A stretch of 64,000 nucleotides of DNA, taken from Dehalococcoidia bacterium (lineage in GTDB: Bacteria; Chloroflexota; Dehalococcoidia; Lucifugimonadales; UBA3495). The stretch lies in the NCBI GenBank assembly GCA_965197655.1, contig OZ240220.1, positions 136,352 through 200,351 of the forward strand. Direction: 5' to 3'. How positions within the stretch are numbered: position 1 is the first letter of the stretch; every line of letters starts with the position of its first letter. Below, one piece after another: positions 57,375 to 64,000 of this stretch. Below the pieces are notes generated by a model, which saw only the letters and a list, made by a program, of their open reading frames with translations, was not told the origin of the DNA and ran no database searches. The position numbers and the translations under genes are program-made.

Positions 57375-57830
57375 TTGCAGCGCAAGTTGACCATTGACCA
57401 GGCAATCCAGGGCACCAAGACCTTTTCCGAAAAGTACGTGGAGCGCGGCCCCTACGAGTTCTTCCCCGAGGCGGAGGTGGTGGAGTTAGTGCAGCAAGGG
57501 CTGGCGGAAAATCAAGTCAACCAGGGCTACCGCTACTGTCCTTGAATGCCCCTCAGCGGCGATCCCGTAGAGGACCGCAAGAAGATTTGCCCCTGTGACC
57601 GTCACCACGAGGACATCCAGCGTGACGGGTTCTGCATTTGAATGTTCTTCGTAAGCGAAGAGTTTCTTCGCAAGTATGAAGCGGGCGAGGACTTTGTCCA
57701 GACCATAGATGAGGCGGTAAAGCCCGGCGAGGGGCTTTTCGACCAGGCTTACCAGTCAAAGGCCGACTTCAAGGGCCAGCAGCGTTCAACGGAACCGGCC
57801 CAGGAGTCAGGCACGGAATCTACCCCGTAG
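57375..57830 (+). CDS. candidate selenoprotein: ferredoxin:thioredoxin reductase catalytic-subunit-like protein with two in-frame TGA codons
   Basis: TTG start 7 nt after AGGAGA. Translation ...FSEKYVERG...GYRYCP[TGA]MPLSGDPVEDRKKICPCDRHHEDIQRDGFCI[TGA]MFFVSEEF..., TGAs at 57543-57545 and 57639-57641. The track shows only the last fragment, 57642..57830. Confidence 0.65.
57556..57578 (+). other. candidate SECIS hairpin for TGA-1 of the FTR-like gene (imperfect)
   Basis: GCGG-cga-TCC-cgtaga-GGA-CCGC, starting 10 nt after the TGA. Confidence 0.3.
57655..57671 (+). other. candidate SECIS hairpin for TGA-2 of the FTR-like gene
   Basis: Perfect 7-bp stem GCGAAGA-gtt-TCTTCGC, starting 13 nt after the TGA. 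Confidence 0.5.
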
Positions 57831-57904
57831 CTGACAGCGGAACAAAGTTAGTTAACGATAGCGGTATCTTCGTCAAATGCACCAGAAGAAGGAGGCGTCT
57901 GAAT

Positions 57905-58141
57905 ATGGACATAACCGTATTTACCTCGGCGGGTTGAGGCCCCTGTCACATGGTGAAAGCGTATCTTTCACGAAAGGGAATTGCCTTTACCGAGCGGAAC
58001 GTATCCGAAGATGACGATGCCCGGGAGTCCCTCATGGCCATGGGCCTGCGAAGCACGCCGGTTACCGTCATCGGCGACCAGAACGTGGTGGGCTACAGTC
58101 CCCCCAAGCTGGAAGCCGCGCTGAAGGCCGCCGGCGCCTGA
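57905..58141 (+). CDS. candidate selenoprotein: small glutaredoxin/NrdH-like redoxin with U-G-P-C motif
   Basis: ATG 57905 after GAAGGAGG reads MDITVFTSAG[TGA]GPCHMVKAYLSRKGIAFTERNV..., continuous with track ORF 57950..58141. TGA at 57935-57937. Confidence 0.7.
57953..57971 (+). other. candidate SECIS hairpin for the UGPC redoxin
   Basis: Perfect 7-bp stem GTGAAAG-cgtat-CTTTCAC, starting 15 nt after the TGA. Confidence 0.5.
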
Positions 58142-58230
58142 CCGAGCATCAATCGGGATTACATGGGGGCCACCGACTACTGCGGTGGCCTCTTTTCTGT
58201 CGTTCCTGCATTTGCAAGCGGGGTAATTTT

Positions 58231-58408
58231 GGTAACTGTTCAGTCTCGAGGGGTTGTGCCGCGCTTGAACCGTCATTCCGGCGCAGGCCGGAATCCAGAA
58301 ACACCAAGCACGAGTTGGTGTTCAAGAGGGCAAGGACTCCTGGATTCCGGCTTTCGCCGGAACGACGGTATAAGGGCAGAGACAGCTCATTAACTCTGAA
58401 CAGTTACC
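58231..58408. mobile_element. MITE, 178 bp, TIR GGTAACTGTTCAG, flanked by 6-bp direct repeat AATTTT
   Basis: Perfect TIRs at 58231-58243 and 58396-58408. AATTTT occurs at 58225-58230 and 58409-58414. Confidence 0.8.
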
Positions 58409-58437
58409 AATTTTGTTCTAATCGAGACAATAGTTTG

Positions 58438-59136
58438 TCATACGGCGCAGCAAGCAGCTTTGCAATCACGGAGTCCGAACAGGCAGGCGCGGCAGGAACA
58501 TAGGCGCAGGTCGTCTTCGTCTTCCTCACCGCGTATGCCCTCCAGGCCCTCACGGAGGAGCCAGGGGACGAGCAGCAAGGCCGTTACGGCGTCCAGCCAC
58601 CACCAGCCCAGCGCGGCGTTCGCAACCAGGCCGGCGAGCAGGGTAAGGGAGAGGGCCGAACAAGCGACCGTTTCCTTGGCCTCACTGGCAATGGAGCGCA
58701 GGTTGCCTTTCGCCGCGATTCGGAGTTTCCAAAAGGCAACCACCGGCATGAAGGTCACAGAGGCTATCGCCAGTCCGATGCCTACCAGCGACTCCTCGGC
58801 GCCGCTCCGCTGTACGATTGCCCATGTCGATTGAAAGACTATGGCCGCCGACAGGACCAGAAAAGTCCAGCCAATGAAGCGTACAACTCGCTGCTCCACG
58901 ACCTCCGCGTACTCGCTGTCCGCGATTCCGAGTCTCCACAACACGACGGAAGCTGCGGCCACCTCAATGTAGCTGTCGGTGCCGAACGCGACCAGCGCTA
59001 TACTGCTTGCGCTGATACCCGACCACAGCGCGATAACCCCCTCGACAAAGTTGTAGAGAATCGTGAGCCAGAGCAATAACTTCGCGATTTTCAGCAAGGA
59101 GGCCTCCTTCAGGAGCGATAGACCGGTTAGTAACAC
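58438..59136 (-). CDS. cation-efflux (CDF-like) membrane protein with Cys-rich C-terminus
   Basis: About 6 TM segments. The N-terminus resembles the CDF TM domain. The tail is CSCRACLFGLRDCKAACC. An alternative TTG start at 59097 follows GAAGGAGG. Confidence 0.55.
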   Translation of the reverse strand: MLLTGLSLLKEASLLKIAKLLLWLTILYNFVEGVIALWSGISASSIALVAFGTDSYIEVAAASVVLWRLGIADSEYAEVVEQRVVRFIGWTFLVLSAAIVFQSTWAIVQRSGAEESLVGIGLAIASVTFMPVVAFWKLRIAAKGNLRSIASEAKETVACSALSLTLLAGLVANAALGWWWLDAVTALLLVPWLLREGLEGIRGEEDEDDLRLCSCRACLFGLRDCKAACCAV

Positions 59137-59174
59137 AATGGTACCAGGGGGTCAAGTGTTACAACGCCCAGGTC

Positions 59175-59326
59175 AGGGCTATTGCGTTAAACCGAAGAAC
59201 GAAAACTCGTCGTTCCTGCGAAAGCGGGAATCCAGTGACGTCAGGGGCAGAGGTTCCTGCTTTCGCAGGAACGACGGGTAGGGCGCAGGAACGACGGATT
59301 CCCCCCGATTCCAAATGCGATTGCCC
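59175..59326. repeat. palindromic repeat, family 2 (hybrid core)
   Basis: GGGCTATTGCG ... CGTCGTTCCTGCGAAAGCGGGAATCCAG ... GGTTCCTGCTTTCGCAGGAACGACGG ... TGCGATTGCCC. Confidence 0.75.
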
Positions 59327-59335
59327 TGACGCCCG

Positions 59336-59464
59336 GGTAACTGTTCAGATGTGATGAGCCGTCTGCGCCCCTATACCGTCATTCCGGCGGAGGCCGGAAG
59401 GTGGATTCCCGCGCCGGAATGACGGTTTAAGGTGGGAACAACTCCTCAAGACTGAACAGTTACA
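59336..59464. mobile_element. MITE, 129-bp shortened copy in inverted orientation
   Basis: GGTAACTGTTCAG at 59336-59348 and CTGAACAGTTACa at 59452-59464. Its internal sequence matches the reverse complement of the 55017 copy. No clean target-site duplication. Confidence 0.7.
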
Positions 59465-59592
59465 CACCCACGGTAGCTTTCCGTTTTTGTGCTGTCCTAG
59501 TCCCGGTGGAGCCGCCAGCATCAGGCCGGAGCAGGGCAATGTCATTAATAACAGCGACTATCACTACCGGCATAAGTAGTGCGACTGTAGCG

Positions 59593-60024
59593 CTAGTAAT
59601 ACCCCTGCCGCTGGAACTGCTCTATCACCGGCTGCACCATCCCGTTGTAAATCTGCTTGCGGTCCTTGAACCGGAAAAACAACGATTTGAACAGGGCTGG
59701 CGCTCCCCGCGACTTCAGTTCCCAAGTCAGCGTCCACCGCGTCCCTTCGTCCGACGTCTCAAAAGTATCGATCCGGTCTGACCAATTGGATTCTAACGCT
59801 TCCATAACCCGACGGTGCGGTGGTTCAAAGGTGCACCGCCACTTGTTCGCCGCCTCAGTATTATCCTGGAAAACGTAGTAACCCTCCTCTTGTGACAGCA
59901 ACCGCCCATACTTCTCTTCCAGGAGCCTATTGTCCGGTAAACTTCCGGCGGGGAAGGCCGTTACATGGCTGAAAACCTGGGCCGGGCTGGCTGGCACGTA
60001 AGCCTCTATCTGGAGAATGGGCAT
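59593..60024 (-). CDS. SRPBCC (START/polyketide-cyclase-like) family protein
   Basis: 143 aa. The N-terminal IEAYVPASPAQVFSHV pattern is typical of the SRPBCC fold. Confidence 0.6.
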   Translation of the reverse strand: MPILQIEAYVPASPAQVFSHVTAFPAGSLPDNRLLEEKYGRLLSQEEGYYVFQDNTEAANKWRCTFEPPHRRVMEALESNWSDRIDTFETSDEGTRWTLTWELKSRGAPALFKSLFFRFKDRKQIYNGMVQPVIEQFQRQGYY

Positions 60025-60153
60025 GGTTTCCTCAAAGATGTTTTGTCAATTTCGTTCCAGGGTAACCACAAGGGTTGCCCCTACATTGGGTTGATACGCC
60101 GGTAGGAGCAACCCTTGTGGTCGCCCTGCTTTCGCGGAAATGCGGCGGGGCGG

Positions 60154-61110
60154 TCACCCACGGAAGTAGGGTATTACCTGCTTGGCGACTATTTCCATTT
60201 GCCGGTACATCCCGGCGGCGTCGGCGGACAGGAAACCAAACATAAAGTCCCGTACCCCGGCGTCTATTCGGTCTTCGATGGCCTTAATGCAGTCCTCCGC
60301 CGTGCCGGTAATGCACAGGGCTTGGGCGATGTCTTCGGCGCTCCGCTCCGGCGTCACGTAGCGGTGGCCCACATGGGCTACGGCGGTAGCCAGGGCCTCG
60401 GCCCGGTCTTCGGCAATGGCGGTGGGTTGGTTCAGGCCCCAATGGAAGCCGGTCAAATCCCGCCCGGCGTCGGTCGCCATCTGCCGGACGGTGTCGTTGG
60501 TGGCCTTCAGGCGGCGCACCGTAAAGAGGTAGGGATACCAGCCGTCACCGTGGAGGGCGGCCCGCTGCATCGCCGCATCGCTGCGCCCGGCCACCCATAT
60601 CGGAGGGTAGGGCTGCTGCTGCGGCTTGGGCAGCAGAGTCACGTCCTCAAAGTGGAAGAACCGCCCCTGGTGGGTTACGTGTTCCTCGGTCCACAGCCGC
60701 TTCATCACTTCCAGCATCTCATCGGTGCGCCGGCCCCGGGTCTGCACCGGAATACCCAGGGCGTCAAACTCGACCCGCGTCCCTCGCTGGCCGCTGACGC
60801 CGATGCCGAAATCCAGCCGGCCCTTGGCTACAATGTCAAGGGAAGTTACCAGCTTCGCCAGCATAACCGGGTGGTAAAGGGGCGCAATGACAATTCCGGT
60901 CATCACCTGGAGGGTCCTGGTGGCCCCGGCTGCCGCCGCCATCAGCGGAATGTTCAGCAGCGTTGGGCGGGGCGGGTTGCCGTCCATTATATGCTCGCCG
61001 GTGGTGATGCGGTCGAAGCCCAACTCCTCGGCTTTCTGGGCGAACTCTACCACGTCCCAGTATTCCTCGACGGAGAAGTTGCAGCCAAAGGTAATGCGTG
61101 GTGTGGTCAT
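60154..61110 (-). CDS. LLM-class, probably F420-dependent, oxidoreductase
   Basis: 318 aa. GFDRITTGEH, GRLDFGIGV and a TIM-barrel LLM pattern. Confidence 0.8.
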   Translation of the reverse strand: MTTPRITFGCNFSVEEYWDVVEFAQKAEELGFDRITTGEHIMDGNPPRPTLLNIPLMAAAAGATRTLQVMTGIVIAPLYHPVMLAKLVTSLDIVAKGRLDFGIGVSGQRGTRVEFDALGIPVQTRGRRTDEMLEVMKRLWTEEHVTHQGRFFHFEDVTLLPKPQQQPYPPIWVAGRSDAAMQRAALHGDGWYPYLFTVRRLKATNDTVRQMATDAGRDLTGFHWGLNQPTAIAEDRAEALATAVAHVGHRYVTPERSAEDIAQALCITGTAEDCIKAIEDRIDAGVRDFMFGFLSADAAGMYRQMEIVAKQVIPYFRG

Positions 61111-61414
61111 AGTAACTCCTTAATCGGCAGGTATCCCGGTTGGGGACCGGAAGAGGAATAACATCAGGTATTGTAGAGGCGCAGGTTTACCCTGGCAATG
61201 ACCGGGTGCCCACTCCCCAGGGCAGACATATAGGTCTGCCCCTACGCGACTACCGAATCGTAGGGGCGCACACAGGTGCGCCCAGGGTACGGGGTAAAGG
61301 CATTCCCGATTTCATGGGAAAAGGTTAAACAGCAGGGTTGATGCAAAGTCTATGTCAACAACGAGTTCCGCTCATGGTGATCCTATCGGACCACGAACCC
61401 ACCCGGCAACCGAG

Positions 61415-62833
61415 TTAGGGCGCTCCTTGCACCACTTCCGTGTCGGGGCGGAAGGCGGCCCAGGCAAACCAGAAGTGGTTGGCGTGAACGATAGGAGTCA
61501 ACTGCTTGCCGGCGGAGGGGCCGGTTATCGCCTGACCCAGGATGTTCCACCGGCTGCCCGTTTCCGCATCGATGAACCCGTCCAGCGCATCCTCCGCGGC
61601 GCGGAAAGTTAGCCGCTGCCCATCTAACTCCCTGGCGAAGATGCCCGTTGCTCCGACCTCTTTGGAGTCTGCGATGGAAGGCCCGTCCAGCGCAGAGCGG
61701 GCGCCGGGCTTGAAAAAGACTACCAGGTCTTGCCCGCCTACCGTGTGGTGGACTACGCCTTTGGCCTCCAACAGGGAGAAGGGAAAGGCGGCGGATGCCT
61801 CACCCACGGTCAGGGCCGCCACCCGCTCCATCGCGAGCAGCCGGTCGTCATCCTTGCCAAAGAAGAGGAAGGGCGAGCGGTCCACCCGGTCGTAGCCGAC
61901 GTAGGGGTTGCGGCCATAATCCCGGGGAAACCCGGTCTCCCGGGACAGCACGGCGGAGTCGGGATAGGTGGCCTTGAAATCCTCCCAGGCGATGATGGTG
62001 GCAGGGAGGAGGGCCAACTGTTTGCCGGTCAGTTCCCCCACTATTCCCTCGCCGGTTAGCTGCTGCCACCAGGACTCGGTTTGCCGGTCCCACATTATCA
62101 GGTCGCTGTTTCGCAGATTGCCGGACACGCCGAAGTCATAAACCTCTCCGTCCAGCCGCCGGTCAAAGACAATCGCCGAGTTGCAGAGGGGGCAGAAGGT
62201 GGCAACCACCGGAACGCCGCCCACTGTGTCATTGACGATTTCATGCCAAGTGAGAATCTGGAGCGGGTACGCCTTGGTATCCCCGTTTAACTCAAAGGCA
62301 ATGACCGGCTCCCGAGCCTCCAGCCAGTCGTCGGCCTGCGCTACGGTGGTGAAACTGGGAAAGTCCAGGGGCGGAATCCCGTCCCGGGGTACGCCGCCGG
62401 AGAATATCTCGTTGTAGGGGATGCTGTGTTTGCTGAAGTCGGTTTTCCAATCACCGCGGTAAACCCCGGCAGTCCGCCTCTCCCGCTCCCAATCAGTCAG
62501 GGGTGTAGTTGGCGTGGGGGTTGGGCGGGCGGTGGGTTCCGGTGCGGATGTGAGGTTTGCGGCACTTTCGGCGGCAGCAGGTGCGCTCGGCAGGGTAGTT
62601 GGGGATAGAGGGACAGGCGTTGGGGAATTGGCGGCAACCGGCTCGCCCGTTGCTGACGGCGGCGTTTCCACTCTGTCTGCTGCTGTTGCCGTCGGGTTGC
62701 CGGTTGTCACTTCGTTAACCGGGGCCGCGCCGGAGCCGCAGGCCAGGCCAGTGATTATTGTCACGATTAGAACCGCGCCGGTTAAGCCGGCCCGCAGGTT
62801 TCGCCTGAATCCGATTATCAATTTTAACTCCAC
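61415..62833 (-). CDS. DUF3179-domain secreted protein with Pro/Thr/Ala-rich linker
   Basis: 472 aa with an N-terminal TM and lipobox-like LACGS. PRDGIPPLDFPSF and FCPLCNSA are DUF3179 motifs. Confidence 0.75.
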   Translation of the reverse strand: MELKLIIGFRRNLRAGLTGAVLIVTIITGLACGSGAAPVNEVTTGNPTATAADRVETPPSATGEPVAANSPTPVPLSPTTLPSAPAAAESAANLTSAPEPTARPTPTPTTPLTDWERERRTAGVYRGDWKTDFSKHSIPYNEIFSGGVPRDGIPPLDFPSFTTVAQADDWLEAREPVIAFELNGDTKAYPLQILTWHEIVNDTVGGVPVVATFCPLCNSAIVFDRRLDGEVYDFGVSGNLRNSDLIMWDRQTESWWQQLTGEGIVGELTGKQLALLPATIIAWEDFKATYPDSAVLSRETGFPRDYGRNPYVGYDRVDRSPFLFFGKDDDRLLAMERVAALTVGEASAAFPFSLLEAKGVVHHTVGGQDLVVFFKPGARSALDGPSIADSKEVGATGIFARELDGQRLTFRAAEDALDGFIDAETGSRWNILGQAITGPSAGKQLTPIVHANHFWFAWAAFRPDTEVVQGAP

Positions 62834-63082
62834 TAGGGGGACGATTAGCTTTTGGCTCTCAGAGTTGCCTAATCTTACGGAAGCGGTGCGCCGCCGGATT
62901 GACGGCCAATTTCGAGGATACTGCCGGGTAGCCTACGTTGACCGCCGGTTTCCGTCAAGCCTGGCCTGATGTATCGCCTCTGCCCGATTCCGGGTAGAAT
63001 AGACCGCAAAATTGGCGCAGCATAGCCGTCCGGCACCTTCTTATTGAGCAGTAATGGGCCGGAACGGCATTGGGAGGGATAT

Positions 63083-63703
63083 ATGGTTAGAGAAAACCAG
63101 GACACTTTGTTGGTGGATGAAGCGGTGGTGCTCCGCACGGTAGCGGCGTTGAAGGCCCGCAATGTCGAGGCGGTGGTCGCCGAGAACGGTGACCACGCCA
63201 GACAGATATTGATTGATATGATTCCCGACCGGGCGGAGGTGTTCAAGAGCACTTCGGAAACCCTGGATACCATCGGCTACTCCGACTACTTTAACCAGAC
63301 CGACCGTTACAAGAACCTGAACGCGAAAATTGCGGCGGAACCCGACCGGGAGCGGCAGCGGGAACTGCGGCGGCTGGCTTCCGTAGCCGAGTACTACATC
63401 GGCAGCGTCCACGCCATTGCCGAGACCGGAGAGGTACTAATTGCCAGCGGTTCGGGCAGTCAGTTGGGGGCCTACGTTTACGGGGCGAAACAGGTTATCT
63501 GGGTGGCCGGCGTCCAGAAGATTTGCCCCACCCTTGCCGACGCAGTTGCACGAATCCGAGGCTTTTCCGTAGAACGTCACCACCAGTGGGCCGAGGCGCA
63601 GGGCAGGACCGCCGGGCCGATGGGCAAGTTGCTAATCTACGAGAATGAACAAGCGCAAGACCGGGTGCGGATGGTGTTGATTAAAGAGTCGGTGGGGTGG
63701 TAG
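63083..63703 (+). CDS. LUD-domain (lactate-utilisation LutC-like, DUF162) protein
   Basis: Start moved to ATG 63083 after GGGAGGG. The pattern of GSGSQL and a C-terminal LIKE is consistent with the LUD domain. Confidence 0.6.
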   Translation: MVRENQDTLLVDEAVVLRTVAALKARNVEAVVAENGDHARQILIDMIPDRAEVFKSTSETLDTIGYSDYFNQTDRYKNLNAKIAAEPDRERQRELRRLASVAEYYIGSVHAIAETGEVLIASGSGSQLGAYVYGAKQVIWVAGVQKICPTLADAVARIRGFSVERHHQWAEAQGRTAGPMGKLLIYENEQAQDRVRMVLIKESVGW

Positions 63704-63761
63704 GCGCTTTCCCATCACCCCCGGCCCCTGTCAGCCAGGGAGAGGGGTGGCGTGAGGGCCA

Positions 63762-63893
63762 GGGCTATCGCACTTGACGGCAGGCTCCCTTTCCCGTCGT
63801 TCCTGCGCAGGCAGGAACCTAAAACCTTGAGAACAGAGGTTCCTGCCTGCGCAGGAACGACGGATATATGAATGTGCGGCTAATGCGATAACC
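63762..63893. repeat. palindromic repeat, family 2
   Basis: GGGCTATCGCA ... CCGTCGTTCCTGCGCAGGCAGGAAC ... GTTCCTGCCTGCGCAGGAACGACGG ... TGCGATAACC. Confidence 0.8.
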
Positions 63894-63982
63894 TTGGGGT
63901 GAGGGTCGGCGTAACAGTAAGTTGACCGCCCCCGTTGGTTCATTTACCATAGCCCTAATTCAGCCGGGTAAGGAGTTTACAA

Positions 63983-64000
63983 ATGGCTACGATTCAGAGC
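63983..64000 (+). CDS. 5' end of an unidentified CDS running off the window
   Basis: ATG 63983 lies 7 nt after AAGGAG. Only 6 codons (MATIQS) are visible. Confidence 0.25.

Noticed and set aside
57553-57759. 68-aa ORF on the minus strand within the FTR-like locus.
   Set aside because: It is antisense to a frame with strong family motifs (CPC, FSEKYVERG), Arg-rich and without an RBS.
52958-58141. Genome-wide TGA reassignment (Trp or Gly code) as the explanation for the four in-frame TGAs.
   Set aside because: TGA terminates modB (17-19), the helicase (35058-35060) and the DarT-like gene (34349-34351), at positions consistent with full-length family members and with coupled downstream starts. 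All four internal TGAs fall on redox-Cys positions, which fits Sec rather than Trp or Gly.
50578-63893. Possible CRISPR array, given the many short recurring sequences in intergenic regions.
   Set aside because: The repeats are internally palindromic pairs scattered singly between genes, belong to several different families, and are not regularly spaced with unique spacers. No cas genes are present.

Overview
High-GC (about 60-67%) bacterial chromosomal window, probably Chloroflexota-like; this is an inference from gene content (many LLM/F420 oxidoreductases, enolase-superfamily, DUF35/thiolase, ring-cleavage genes) and the palindromic repeat families, not a computed result. Core genes: modABC (partial), rpoB-rpoC, pyrD, a cbpA/dnaJ-hspR-Clp ATPase heat-shock operon divergent from hsp20, and tRNA-Asn(GTT). 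Four things stand out. (1) A lower-GC helicase / DarT-like ADP-ribosyltransferase / ADP-ribosylglycohydrolase operon at 32.6-36.5 kb. (2) Just upstream on the same strand, a translationally coupled three-gene cassette led by a GHKL-type ATPase at 37.4-40.9 kb. (3) Three redox genes at 53-58 kb whose ORFs are split by in-frame TGA exactly where redox cysteines belong, each followed by a hairpin. One is a ferredoxin:thioredoxin-reductase-like gene with TGA at both active-site disulfide positions. (4) Intergenic DNA full of nested palindromic repeat families, including a MITE with 13-bp terminal inverted repeats and clean 6-bp target-site duplications. No CRISPR array, rRNA, transposase or integrase gene was seen. 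All calls come from reading translations and motifs by eye; no searches were run.
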